Assembly (NCBI GenBank): GCA_964016885.1
Contig: OZ024740.1
Location: 267,282,001 to 267,346,000 of the forward strand
Length of the DNA stretch: 64,000 bases
Reading direction: 5' to 3'
Source of the DNA: Eledone cirrhosa
Lineage: Eukaryota
Shown here: positions 1 to 13,294 of the stretch, piece after piece
Layout of the letters: each line of letters begins with the position of its first letter
Numbering within the stretch: the stretch's first letter is position 1
Notes under the pieces: generated by a model
Databases searched by the model: none
What the model was told of the DNA's origin: nothing
Seen by the model: only the letters and a program-made list of their open reading frames with translations
Program-made: the position numbers and the translations under genes

Positions 1-250
1 TCCTCCACCCTCTCCCTTCTCCAACACCACCACCACCACCACCACCACCACCATCTCCACCACCTTCACAATTATCATCATCATCATCATCATCATTATT
101 ATAATCCTCCACCCTCTCCCTTCTCCAACATCACCAACACTACCACCACCACCACCACCACCTATACCACCACCACCACCACCACCATCTCCACCACCAC
201 CACCACCACCTTTACAATTATCATCATCATCATCATCATCATCACCATGA
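1..250. repeat. (CAC/CAT)n compound microsatellite with a ~105-bp higher-order duplication
   Basis: tcctccaccctctcccttctccaaca at 1 and 105; CAC/CAT runs. Confidence 0.9.
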
Positions 251-399
251 GAGACTGCAGACAGTAAAGATTAGTATGTGATAGCAAAACCCTACAAGGT
301 TGCTGCCATATGAAACAGGGATATTTTAGGCAAGCTGCTAATTATCATCTTTGTAATATAGTAACAGAAGCAAAACTGTGATAGAAAATAGCATCTGCT

Positions 400-1490
400 C
401 ATGGTGACGGTTGTGATGATGGTGGTGATGGTGGTGGTGGTGGTGGTGGTGGTGGTGGTGGTGGTGGTTGTGGTGATAGTTGTGGTGGTGGTGGTGGTTG
501 TGGTGATAGTTGTGGTGGTGGTGGTGGTGGTGGTGGTTGTGGTTGTGGTGATAGTTGTGATGGTGGTGGTGGTGGTGGTGGTGGTGGTGGTGGTTGTGGT
601 GATAGTTGTGATGGTGGTGGTGGTTGTGGTGATGGTGGTGGTGATAGTTGTGATGGTGGTGGTGGTGGTGGTGGTGGTTGTGGTGATGGTGGTGGTGATA
701 GTTGTGATGGTGGTGGTGGTGGTGGTGATGATGGTGATGGTGGTGGTGGTGGTGGTGATGGTGGTGGTGGTGGTGGTGGTGATGGTGGTGGTGGTGGTTG
801 TGGTGATAGTTGTGATGGTGGTGGTGGTGGTGATAGTTGTGATGGTGGTGATAGTTGTGATGGTGGTGGTGGTGATGATGGTGATGGTGGTGGTGGTGGT
901 GGTGGTGATGATGGTGATGGTGGTGGTGGTGGTGGTGGTGGTGATGGTGGTGATGGTGGTGATGATGGTTGTGGTAATTGTGATGGTTGTGATGGTGCTG
1001 ATGGTGATGGTTGTGATAGTGGTGTTGATAGTGATGATGGTGGTGGTGGTGATGGTGATGGTTGTGGTGATAGTGGCGGTGATGGTGGCAGTGATGGTGG
1101 TGGAGGTGGTGACGGTGGTTGTGGTGATGGTGGTGATGGTGATGGTGGTTGTGGTGATGGTGGTGATGACGGTGGTGATGGCAGTGGTGATGGCGGCGGT
1201 GGTGGTGGTGGTGGTGATGGTGATGGTTGTGATAGGGGTGATGGTTGTGATGTTAGTGATCATGGTAGTATTGATGGTGAATGTAATGGTTGTGATGGCA
1301 GTGATGGTGAATGTAATGGTTGTGATGGCAGTGATGGTGGTGATGGTTGTGATGATGATAATATTGATGGTTATTGTAATGTAGGAGATGGCTATGGTGA
1401 TGACGGTGATTGTGATACTGTTGACAGTGATTGTGACAGTGTTGATGATTGTGATGACAGTGATGGTGGTGATGACAATTGGTGATTTGT
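400..1490. repeat. ~1.1-kb (GGT/GAT)n trinucleotide array
   Basis: Directly visible; triplet phase kept for ~1 kb, giving spurious poly-Val and poly-Thr ORFs. Confidence 0.95.
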
Positions 1491-1555
1491 GATGCTTTTA
1501 TCCAGAGTCAATAAAATAAAGTACTAATCAAGTACTAGGGAGCTATATAACTGGT

Positions 1556-2105
1556 TGTTATCATCATCATCCTTACCGTCCCCATCACTACCATCATCCT
1601 CATCACCATCACCATCATTTCCATCACCATCACTATCATCGCCCTCATCCTCACTATCATCATCATCATCATCATTACCATTACCATCACCATTACTACC
1701 CTCGACCCCATCACCATCAATCATCATCATCGTCATCGTCATCGTCATCATCATCATCATCACCATCATCTTTTAACGTCCATTTTGCCTTGCTTGCATG
1801 AGTTTAGACAGGTTGTCACATTATGAATAAAGTCAGATCAGGTGACCACGTCTTACTTATGTATCTTGGCTTGGTTTCTACAGCTGGGTGTCCTTCCTAA
1901 CATCAAACATGCTGCATTGGGGACTGGGCACTTTTAATTGTGGCACCAAAATGACTGACTTACAAGGTGGACTTGGAGCCTTTTCATCATGTCACCATCA
2001 TGACCACCTTACAAGGTGGACTGTGTGCTTTTGTTTTTGTTGTGGCACCAGAATTACCACTTTGCAGTGTAGACTAGGCACCTTTTGTCATGTCACCAGC
2101 AGTGG
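1556..2105 (-). mobile_element. RTE-type 3' UTR fragment with expanded (GAT)n tail
   Basis: ttttaacgtccattttgccttgcttgcatgagtttagac and gtttctacagctgggtgtccttcctaacatcaa resemble the reverse complement of the 3' end of the RTE at 45420-45717; (CAT/CAC)n at 1556-1770. Confidence 0.75.
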
Positions 2106-2719
2106 AGTAGTGATATGACGAGAGAGAGAGAGGGAGAGAGAGAGAGAGAGAGAGACAGAGAGAGAGAGGAGGAAGAAAAAGAAAGTGCAGGGATTTACTT
2201 TTTTTATGAAGGAAATCTATATTTTTTCTTCTTTACTTGGAAAAATAAATTTTTAATACTTTTTGCTCAAAAATAAAATAACTTTATCACCACTCTTTTC
2301 CATGCAAAAATGTCAAGTATATTTAATTTTTGAATAAAATGGTACTCCTCTTCTCTTGATGCCCTAAACATGTACCTATTTTAGTAAATCAGTCATGGTT
2401 CAGGCAAATTTGGAGAATAGGGACCATATCATCAGCAAAAAATATTTATTTATGGTAAGTTATATAACCCTTTATGGATATATCAAGATATTATCACAAC
2501 TACCCCTAAACATGAACAGAAAACAATCCCAGTGAACATACCTACTTAACATAACAAGAATACCATTACAAAGACTGTCCTTCCTTTTCAGAACTACAAA
2601 ATATTTCAGCTCCCCAACAAACAACAACTACTTACTTGCTACAAAGCTCAGGTAAGACTCACAATGGAATCATGCCTCAAGATGAAAGATGCCATTGCTA
2701 TACAGACATACACCTTCAA

Positions 2720-2922
2720 TCAAGCACATCATACATGCAGCCCGCGGGCCTCATGTGGCTCTTTGCAAGCACACCTGCAGTCCGCACAAAGGTTTTTACA
2801 GTGCAACCATGTTTTATGTTCGTAAAATTAGTTGTAATGTGTGAAATTAGTTTTCATGAGCCCTCAGACAACATATAAATGACCCCTGCAGTCCTCAGGG
2901 GACCCTCAGTTTGACATGCCTG
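2720..2922. mobile_element. hAT (Charlie-like) non-autonomous MITE
   Basis: Right end gtttgacatgcctg (rc CAGGCATGTCAAAC); left subterminal gcagcccgcgggcc typical of Charlie-type MITEs; left TIR decayed. Confidence 0.55.
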
Positions 2923-3604
2923 TCCTAGATCACATTCAAAGAAAAGCCACCACAAAACTGATTGGCTAGAAGCTGCTTGTCAACATACATCAACTCCTGG
3001 ATCATAAATATCCTGTCTCTTCTCATTGACTTTTTTACCACTTCTGCAGTTATCTCAGCCTTACAGAGTTGGCTGCTCATTAGGCACTTCCAACTCACTC
3101 ACCTCTTCCCTGTTCATCTCTTTTATTGGTGTCTAACTTTCAAGGTCAAGGACTAACAACTAAGCCCAGTCCTCCCTCCCCATTATAACTTAGGTGTAGA
3201 GTCTGTCATCCTCTTCCCTTCCCCCTTTTCTGTCTTTTGTTGCTTAATAATCCTTGCCCTTTCCCTCCCTTTTCTCTCATTTATAGTCATAGAACAATTG
3301 TGCAACAGTTTAGCCAAGTGGAAAATAAGAGAAAAATAAATAAAGAAATTTAGCACCTATTTCAAATATGAAGGATTAAAAGCAAGATCATTCCCATGTA
3401 AAAATAATTGCACTAAAAAAAAAAACATTTCATCCATATAACGATAGGAAAATGAATGCAAAAACATGAAAACATATATCTCATGAGAGATTATATTATC
3501 AATCATATTTTTGTCATCAGAGTCATCGTAATTAATGCTGAAGCAAAAGGAACAGTCATCTCAGTCACACTATCATCATCATCATCATTGGTCGTATAGG
3601 TGTC

Positions 3605-3925
3605 ATGAGAAAAAGCACTCAGTACACACTGTAAATGAGGTTGGTGTTAGGAAGGGCATCCAGCTGTAGGAACCAAGCCAAAATCACCATTGTGTGAGCA
3701 AGACAAGGTCACCTGACTTGGCATTGCTCACAACAGGACAACTCATGGAAAATAGAAGTTAAACGGTGATGATGATGATGATTTTCCACACTAGCATGGG
3801 TTAGATGAGTTGTTCAGTTGTGAAACTAGTCTGATCAAATGATCATGTCTTGCTCATACAGAACTGATTCTGGCTTGGTTTTTATGGCTAGATGCCCTTC
3901 CTAACGCCAACCACATTTACACATA
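3605..3925. mobile_element. Two RTE 3'-end fragments joined tail-to-tail
   Basis: Plus fragment ...ggtgttaggaagggcatccagctgtag...gatgatgat ends ~3782; a minus fragment follows directly (tttccacactagcatgggttag...gatgcccttcctaacgccaacc). Confidence 0.75.
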
Positions 3926-6900
3926 AATGTTGTGGCTGGCCTATGCTTTCCAATAAAATACCATAATACTTCACCATAGTATCAGATGTTCTTTGCAACA
4001 AGAAAGTTTAGAGAAGGCGAAAGTTGATTATATCAACTTCAGTACTTGATTGGTACCTTATCTTATCAACTCTGGAAGGATGAAAGGCAATGTTGATTTT
4101 GGCAGGATTTGAACTCAAAACACAAAGATCTAGAACAAATGATGCAAAACATTTGCCCGGAGCTTACTGATTCTGCCAACACACTCCTCCTTAAATTTCT
4201 TTTTTTTTAATACTAGAGATAAACATTGGTCATAAATGAATTTACTAAAACATGGAATGAAATAGAGTAATGTATGATATCATTTATATTAACTGGGTTT
4301 AACAGCCTGAAACCACAGTAGCATGAGATTCCTGGAAAAACAAAACAGTGTTATCGCTAAGTCAAATTGACAATCAGTGTTCTTACTCTAATATTGCAAA
4401 TTTTAAAAACAATCTGCCTACGAGTTGCTATAAACATTTGAATCAACAAACCTAATTTTAGATATTTTCTGCTAAATCATTACAGGATGTTGAGAATTAA
4501 GCTAGTAATTTAAAACCATACTGTTGTTTAAAATTTAATTACAACCAACAGATACAAATTTTGAGTCCTGTCAGTGAGTCTGTCATTTTTTTCCTGTTTT
4601 AAACTGGTGTTTTGTCTTCTAATATCATCGTTCTGAGCCTGCAGCTAGTTTTAGCTGCTTATAAAAATATCTGCCAAACTGCCAATAAGAACAAAGTGTA
4701 AGTAGGCCAATGGCATTGATCAGAAAGGATACTCTAGTATCAAGAGAATTGTTTACGTAAACAGGAGATCAATAAACTAAGTATCAATTAGACTGAAGTA
4801 AATGAGTAATTATGATATGAGATGTCAAACACACAAAATATTTAAGCTAGTAGCATGAAGACTTGTAAAGTCAAATTCCAAAACAGCCAGATCACTAGCA
4901 AGTAAAATAAACCATCAATATTTGAGTGTTTATTCTGCAGGTGACTCGTTTTTCTCTCATTCACAGTATTATATTATGTTCAAACTGGGATAAGTCAAGC
5001 TCTCGAGGATTGAAAATGGTTGTGAACAGTAATGCACATACACACAAACACACACACACAGGACAGACCTCCTGTTGGTTTGGTTTTGGCAATAATTTTT
5101 CCACAGTTGTTGGATCAACAGAACTCAAATCCCACCAAGGTTAACTTTGCCTTTCATCCTTACGGGATTGATAAAATAAAGTACCAGTAATGCACTGGGT
5201 AATTGCTGGCCTTGTGCCAAAAGTAGAAACAATTATTGTATAAGTGGCTGAGCATTCTACTGAAAGTTGTACCCTTAATTCTTAGGGAGAACCAACATCA
5301 CCTTCTCCTCCCTTTTATCATCCTGTCAAACCCCCACCACACTTGTCATACACCCAAGACATACTACTTTCTCACTCACATCACTTTTTCACAATTGGGT
5401 AAAAAGGGTTTTTCAATTAAGGCTATGACTGACAAACTCTTTAGCTCTGCACCCAATAAACCCTGTAAGATGGTTGGTGGCAGAAAGGGCATCCAGCCAT
5501 AGAAGCCATGCCAAAAATGGCAGAGGGGATTCTTCAGTTGTATCAAGGGCAGGACAATCTCTCTAGTGTTGATGTTACAATTTATGCACTCAGTATATAA
5601 TGTCAAGTGATTGGTGATAAGGGCATCCAACAATATATAGTTATATATATAATCACCTTAATATACATGTTTAACTTCATGTATACAAAATACACATTCA
5701 TATAGTCTCATAAATGTTTACACCCCACTCCTGCGACAAATAACTACCATATGTTCCATAAATAAAGCAGCATTTAACAATATTCTAATATCTAAAATGC
5801 TGAGGGACTTAGTGAAATACATGATCACACTTAGTTAAGAGATATCCGGTAAACATGCATTAATGCACTCAAATCTATAAATATGTATGGAAATATAGTG
5901 AAACTGTATACAGTGCATTAGTCAGTTTTGTTTCTTACCACCAAAGAATCTATTTAGTGAAAGAAAACAGCCTTGAACAACAATACCAAATGGCTGATAG
6001 AAGTGTTCTAGAAGCCAATATAAATTGCTTTTACTATTAAAATGAATAACTATTTTCAAAGTTATTGAAGGTGATTAACTTTCTAAATTTATTGAATTCA
6101 TCAATTTTAAAACCATTTCTTATTTGATGTTATTTAGTTTCTAATAGGATTCACTGGCTGATATAATTTTCTCAGACAGATTTACATCTATGAATCAATT
6201 ATACTTTTCTTGGTCATTTGGCAACCAGGCAGCTTTGGTGAGGTGCCATATTAATGGTGTCATGAAAATTTCTGTAAGAATTCCAGTGTCTGATATCCAC
6301 AATAATATTGAAGTCTTTATCGTAAAAGGAAAAAGCTCTTGCTTCTATTATTATCTTTTCTTGAAGAATATAGGAAGTATCATATCTCAATAAGTTTCTA
6401 GTGATGAGACAATGATATATTTATTGGAGATAGTCAGATCTCAGATATCTCACTCTTGTCATGAACAATAAAAACATTTTTTTGTTTTTATTGTTTTTGA
6501 TCTCATTTTCATTAGTAAGATAAGTACTCGAAATATACAAGTCTTAGTTGTTTGAGAGGCTAACACCTCTCATTTATAAACATATTCTTCATATTCCATT
6601 AAAAGGAAAAGAAACAAACAACCAACCAAACCAGTTGAGACTAAACTGAACTTACATCTAAGCTTGAAATTAAATTAATAGCTGTTTTGCCACAAATGTA
6701 GATGAATGAAATCCAAAGTCTTTATTTTTGGTAACATGGCATAGACAGTGGTTTGGAGTTGGAATTGTATGTAAAACAAACAGCTGATTATATCAAACTC
6801 CCCAACTTGAAAGCTACTTTAATTTAGCAACCCTAGAAGGAAGAAAGTAAAGCTGACCTCAGCTGTACTTGAACTCAGAACATAAAGTTTCATAACTTAA

Positions 6901-7384
6901 TACTGCAAGGCATTGTACTTTATTTTCTACTGATTCTGCTCTTGTTTTTATCATAAGAACAAAGTCATATACTTTTGGGCAAGAGATAATTGATAATGGG
7001 ATTTAAATTTAGAATGTAAAGGAACATAATTAAATTCTAAATTTTATTTTTATTTCACACATTATATATAGTTGATTTAATCAGCCTAGTATATGATTGG
7101 TACTTATTTATAATTAAATGCTGATGATCTGAATCAACAAGATTTCAGACCTCACTTTGTAAGCAAATAAGGTGAAACTTGCCAGATCGGATCAAGGAAA
7201 TAATGTTTCCATAGGTCTTAACAATTTTTAATATTATCCACGGGTCGTAAATGCTAACAGAATGAACAATATAAAATAAAGCGTTTTGTTCAAGAACACA
7301 ATGCATTGCCAGACATGGGAATTGAACTCACTACCTTACAATTGTGAATCCAATTCTCTAACCCCTAAGACATATGCCTTCACT

Positions 7385-7602
7385 AATAATTGTTTCTACT
7401 TTTGGCACAAGGCCAGCAATTACCCAGTACATTACTGGTACTTTATTTTATCGATCCCGTAAGGATGAAAGGCAAAGTTAACCTCGACGGGATTTGAACT
7501 CAGACCATAAAGGGACGTAACTATGCTAGAAAGTATGGTGTCCCACCCTCTACCGATACTGCCAATTTGCCGCCCTTCACCGATACTGCCAATTCGTCGC
7601 CC
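7385..7602 (-). mobile_element. tRNA-derived SINE (main family), head duplicated
   Basis: Reverse complement of the 8898-9079 element; ccgatactgccaat occurs twice. Confidence 0.85.
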
Positions 7603-7964
7603 TTCACTAATAATGAAATAGTGCAAGGCCTATATTTGACATTCCTACTATTTCTGCTAATGAATAAGCCATAGACAATTTGGGTTATTAGCAGGCAGAA
7701 AGAAACATAAGCAGTGAGTTGGCAGAGTTGTTAGAGCATAAGATTAAATGCTTTGTGGTATTACTTCAGGCTTTCAGCATTCTAAGTTCAAATCTTATTA
7801 TACTCAACTTTCTCTTTCATAATTTTGAGGTCACACAATGAAGTACCAGTCCAGATAGGATTATTAACTGGGTTGTTAGAGTTTGGATGGGATAGCATGT
7901 AGTATCTATTTCAGCCCTGTGAGGTCTGAGTTCATATTCCACCTCCAGTCATCAGATAGACTTT

Positions 7965-8160
7965 GATATTCTTTCTATTGGTATCCGTCTGCCTTGAAAG
8001 ACCATGGATCTGTGCCTGGAGAATTTTGTGTCAGCTGCTGATGGTGGTGAGGCATCTGCTGTGGCTGTATAGGCCAACATGGGGTTGGCAGTCTTATGTG
8101 CAGCAACTTCATTTAAAGATGCTCTCCTCTGGTGTTACTACGGTGTCCTGTCTTTGAGTG
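7965..8160 (-). mobile_element. Degraded RTE-BovB-like LINE 3' end
   Basis: Minus strand encodes remnant VGLYSHSRC, the C-terminal C2H2-type motif of BovB-like ORFs. Confidence 0.5.
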
Positions 8161-8807
8161 CACTTTTACTCACTCAGTGGCAAGTTTCATTGTAACATGA
8201 TATATCATTAAAAAACCCAAGAAACATCCTATGAAATGCTATCGCATAGAAGGCTAGCTAAACCTATGCAGGTGTAAACCATAACAATAACAACAACAGA
8301 AACAAGCATAGTAGTTGACACAAATATCATATGTAACCTTTCTAGTGTATTCCATTTTATTGTGATCAAAAGCAAAGCATAATACAATTTCTTACCTCAG
8401 AAAAGAAAAACAAAATCAAATCAAAGAATAGATTCTATATCCACTTCATTGTCCATATGTTTAATATCAGAGAGAAAAACCCAACTATTGAATATCTCTT
8501 GGAGTATTTCAATTGAAACACATCTAAACATGAAGTGTGTGTGCAAGAAAAACAGCTGTGCTGGTAGGCAGATATATGATGCAAATGAATGCTCTATGTT
8601 GATACCTCTGTTGTGAACTACCAATAATAAAACAGGCAGAAGCAAAGTAGACTAAACAAAACCTTGAGGCAAAGTAGATATATAGATGAAGTTCTAGGTC
8701 TCACAGATTAGATGAAACAAGATGGAATCCATTAGATGTGTGTATTTGTGTGTGTGTGTGTGTATATATATATATACACACACACACACATACACACACA
8801 TAATATA

Positions 8808-9205
8808 CATGATAGTGGGCTGAAAAGTTCATTGGCTGACTATGAAGGAGTGATGCTAGAGTTGTGAAATCTTGCATGCATTATTTTCAAATGTTATGGA
8901 TGGATTGGCAGTATCGGTAGAGGGTCGAACGCCATGCTTTCCAGCATAGTTACGTCCCTTTACGATCTGAGTTCAAATACCACTGAGGTTGACTTTGCCT
9001 TTCATCCTTACAGGGTCGATCAAATAAAGTACCAGTAATGCACTGGGTAATTGCTGGCCTTGTGCCTAAAGTAGAAACAATTATTTTCAAATGTTATTAA
9101 TAATTGTATTATTTCTTTCCAGGGACTATGTTGAAAACTAAACCTCATTTGGTCATTCCATGAAAGTATCTTGGTCAGCCTTTAAACTTTTCATCTGACC
9201 CTCAT
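8808..9205. mobile_element. Mariner-like MITE interrupted by a SINE
   Basis: TIR-like ends ggctgaaaagttcattggctgac and gtcagcctttaaacttttcatctgaccctca; same family as 11024, 16027 and 27911. Confidence 0.85.
8898..9079 (+). mobile_element. Full-length tRNA-derived SINE with 18-bp target-site duplication
   Basis: TSD attattttcaaatgttat at 8880-8897 and 9080-9097; A-box-like TGGCAGTATCGG, B-box-like GAGTTCAAATAC; central GCCTTTCATCCTTACAGGGTCGAT...AAGTACCAG resembles the MetaSINE domain from memory. Confidence 0.92.
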
Positions 9206-9227
9206 GTATGTTTGGTGTGTGTATGAA

Positions 9228-9530
9228 AGCAACCTGTTTAGTGGTTAGGGTGTTTGGCTCATAATTGAAAGGTAGTGAGTTCGATTTCTGGTGGTATATT
9301 GTGTGCTTGAGCAAGACACTATTTCACATTGCTCCAGTTTACTCAACTGGTTAAAATTGAGTTGCACCTGTAATTCAAAGGGCCAGCTATGTGTCATGCA
9401 GAATCTCCCTGAGAACTACGTTAGGGGTACATGTGTTTGAGGAATGCTCACCCACTTTCATGTTAACTTTGTGAGCTGGCTGTTCTATTGTTTGAACAAT
9501 GGAAACACTCCTTGTCAGAACTGACAGATG
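9228..9530 (+). mobile_element. Second tRNA-derived SINE family
   Basis: tttagtggttagg (A box), gagttcgatt (B box), tgtgtgcttgagcaagacact central motif; related fragments at ~7270-7385 (-), 32625-32740 and 49490-49610. Confidence 0.65.
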
Positions 9531-11023
9531 CAATACGAGGCCTGTAGCCTGATGATGTCTGTCACACCCTTCCAGTAATAGTTTTGAAGGAAGTGTTTGA
9601 ATTTAATTTATGGCTGATACTATACAATTTTGCGGGTAGAGTTGATTGTAGAATTATGTTTACATTTGCCTGGGTTTATGGATATCAGGTGTTTGGTTTA
9701 GATTTGTTTATGTTCTAGTTGAGGCATATACAGCCATAGTTATACATACACATTATGTATGTGTATATATATATATATATATAATACATATACATACATA
9801 GATACATATACATAAAGTATGCATCTATACATATGTATATTTGTGTCTGTGTGTGTGCACATGTCTATACTATTGGATGAGCCAGTCTAGCACTCTGATG
9901 GTGCTGATGAGGAGAAGGAAGACTGACATGGTCAGATAACTATAACAAGATTTAGTTTCTAATTCCATATATTGAAGGTTTTGTTGTATGTTAACTTTTG
10001 TTCTTTATAGATGTTTAGCCCTGACTGAGCTAACTATGATTAAAAGCATCCCAGCTGTCATCCTTCCATCATTTTTTTTTTATTCCGTTTCTTCCAATAT
10101 AGTGTATTTAGGATCACATTATTCAATGTATTATTTTTAAAGATGGTAGGGTATGTTTTGAGTGAGATAAGTCTGCTATTTCTAGTAGTTTGAGCAACCA
10201 TGAAGAGTATTTCTTTCTGATTCATAAAATCTCACTCATTGACACATGTAGAGCTTCCTCATTATCTTAGCTGACCAGTGTTTTATTGGCTTGGAGAACC
10301 AAGTTTATTTCTAACAGATCAAGTGACAATGTAGTGAGGTTTTAGCATTGTTGGCTCATGTATGTTTAATCAGAAGAAGATGGCCTCTGCCTTATGACTC
10401 TTTACAGTATGTCCCAGCCCCCAAAACGGCATGCTAAACTATGCAGGAACAAACCCAAACTATGGAGGAATGTTTGCAGCATAGTAGATTCCACTAAAGG
10501 CTCCCAAGGGTTAAGTGGCGATATTAAACCAAGCAATATGTTAGGTTTACCACCCCATAATTTTCCACTTAGAACAAAAATTGCCACCATTTAAGATTGA
10601 AATTTTTATGATGATACTTTAACAGTTCAAAATAAGTTCTTGTTGTTATAGGAATTGGTGTCTTCTATTAATAGCTCTGTCTTCTGCTTTGTTGGAATTG
10701 GTAGTATTAATATATGCAGATATTGATTTCTTTAGAATGGGCAGAAAGTCAATTTTTATGAAGGAGTCATTGTATTCATTGTAAACTGACCTCAGAGTGG
10801 TAGGATTTCTAATAGGAATATAGAACAAAACAAAATGCTGTAAGAAACTAATTACTCTATAAATATTTCAACGTATTGTTTAATATTAAAATGAAGATAT
10901 CCCTCAAGTAGGTGGAACATTTTAGATATTTCATTATAGATACAATAGCTATTTGAGACAAAATTGAGTAAATCTTCAAAATAGTTGATTATGTATATTT
11001 ATAACTGGGTCTTTCTGATAATA

Positions 11024-11192
11024 TACGAGGGTCAGCTGAAAATTCATAGGCTGACTATGAAAAGATTGATGCTAGAGCTGTGAAATCTTGCATGCATTAA
11101 TCTGAACTATTTTTATTAATAACTGCATTGTTTCTTTCCTGACACATGAGAGTATCTTGGTCAGCCTATGAACTTTTCAGCCAACCTTTGAA
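11024..11192. mobile_element. Mariner-like MITE, internally deleted
   Basis: TACGAGGGTCAGCTGAAAATTCATAGGCTGAC ... GTCAGCCTATGAACTTTTCAGCCAACCTTTG inverted ends; left end begins at TA. Confidence 0.85.
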
Positions 11193-11518
11193 TAGTTGAT
11201 TAATAGAAATGAAATCTTAAATCTATTTTTCTGATAGAATAAAACGAATTTTAAATGTTAAAATTTATACTATATACAAGTTTTATACTATATACAAGAG
11301 CCAACGTGTTGTATAAGCTATGGCAGATGTTGTGGAACCTCTGATTAATAATGTGTCAATATAATTTATATATAATGAATAACATTAATGTATATAATGA
11401 ATAAGACTATGTAGATGTGCGCAGTACTAAAATGGGTAATGCGCACAACTGATCATTCATCACAATAAGGGGAACTGTTATTAATATATATGTGCATTTA
11501 TGTGGAAATATACTTATG

Positions 11519-11583
<65 letters not shown>

Positions 11584-11874
11584 TCACACAGATGTACATG
11601 GAATGACATTCAAGAAGCATGCTAAAGAAAAGGTTGGGAGGACACTTCAGTTGTGTCAGAAGCATAACAACCTCCTTAGTGTAGGTGTCATGATAAAATG
11701 CACTTGGTAGAGTGCAGGATTGTTTGTGAGATGTGTCTCCCCCACCTACACTCATCTGGGGGTTCAGTGCATACTAATTCAATCTGTGAAGACTCATCCA
11801 ACCCATGCTACCAGGGAAAACAGATGCTATAGGATGATGATGATGATATGTATATATATATATACACACATTTT

Positions 11875-12875
11875 CTAGGGCGAGTAAAATTCCTGAGATC
11901 CATGGACGAGTTCTCTCCAGCGGTCTCTGTCCCTCATTATCACTGCTATGTCCTGCGTCTCCGACAGACTAGTGTCTGTCCTTAGGGCATCAACATACAT
12001 TAATCTTGGTCTTCCTCTTCCAGCGTGTCCATGTAGGGGCTCTCACAGGAGCACTGAGTGCAATGTCAACTCTGGATGTCGGTGAGCATGTCCAGCTAAC
12101 CTCAGACTCCTCTGTGTCACTTTTGAGCTGACTTTTGGGAGGCTCCCATACAGCTCTGAGTTTTTCATCCTCTGTGTATGTGTATACTGATTAATGTTCA
12201 GAGCCATCCTCAGCATTCTCATGTAGCACCCATCCACCATCTGAGTGAGTTTCTTGGTCAGTGAGTTTCAAGTCTCAGACCCGTACAGCAGCACAGACTC
12301 CACTACAGCAATGAAGAGGCGGATTTTCAGGTCTTTACGAAAGTCCGACTTCCACACCGATCTCAAGCTGTGGCATGCCGCCCAGGCTTTGCTCTTCCTC
12401 TCAACCACATCATCTTCCGTATTCCCAATCTTTGCTCCCAAATACAGAAGATAGTGGACCTGATATCACTGCTCTACACCAACACTAAAGCCCAAGTCAT
12501 TACACCTGATGGGATGACAGAGTTCTTTGAGATACTGGCTGGAGTGCTCCAGGGAGATATATTGGCTCCCTACCTTTTTATCATCGTAGTGGACTATTGT
12601 ATGCACCTTGCACTGGAGAAACACCAGGACTCTGGCTATACTGTAGTACCGGCTCAGAGCAGGAGAGTTAAGGCGAAAAAGATATCGGATGCTGAATTTG
12701 CTGGCGACATAGTTTTGGTGACAAATACAGTGAAGGAGGCAGAGGATTTGATGCAGGAGGTTGAGACTGTGTCTATGAGTGTGGGGCTGAGAATGAATGA
12801 GACTAAAACAAAATATCTGGTAGTAATGTTGAGAAGCCAGAGGGGATCACTAATGTAGGCGGGAAGTCGCTAGAA
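11875..12875 (-). mobile_element. RTE-clade LINE (family C) with inverted 5' segment
   Basis: Minus 12447-11875 encodes YLGAKIGNTEDDVVERKSKAWAAC...ESVLLYGSET...LRLAGHAHRH. Plus 12445-12875 encodes the RT core GVLQGDILAPYLFIIVVD...FAGDI...KTKY...GKSLE. Confidence 0.9.
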
Positions 12876-13238
12876 TATACACACACACATATATATATAT
12901 ATATATTTGTATGTATGTGTACACACAAATATCTTATATATATATACTGTATATGTGTGTGTACAAGTATCTATATACATTTACAGGCTAGTCTGGTTTG
13001 ATTTTGCTTTATTTACAATAATGCCAGTTTGAAATTTCCTAAGTTGTTCATATATTCACCATGACACTGTTGAAAATATGAATGACATCAGAGGAATTTC
13101 AACCAATGAATGTAAATCTAATATCAACATTTATTATCAAACATGATTGGTTTGTCATGTTTACATGCTATTCTTTGTGAAAAATTCATACACCATCTTT
13201 TATTTTGAATACAAAACAATGATTACTGTCATATCCTA

Positions 13239-13294
<56 letters not shown>

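Noticed and set aside
292-1384. 323-aa Thr-rich and 327-aa Val-rich ORFs (mucin-like)
   Set aside because: Both are translations of a (GGT/GAT)n array that lacks stops by composition; there is no domain or splice support.
8388-8425. Second recursive-site-like motif (minus: T-rich tract, GAG|GTAAGA)
   Set aside because: G at -3 is strongly disfavoured at 3' splice sites; too weak to call.
8898-8975. tRNA gene (A and B boxes)
   Set aside because: The boxes belong to a SINE head that continues into a repeated body, tail and TSD; no cloverleaf is evident.
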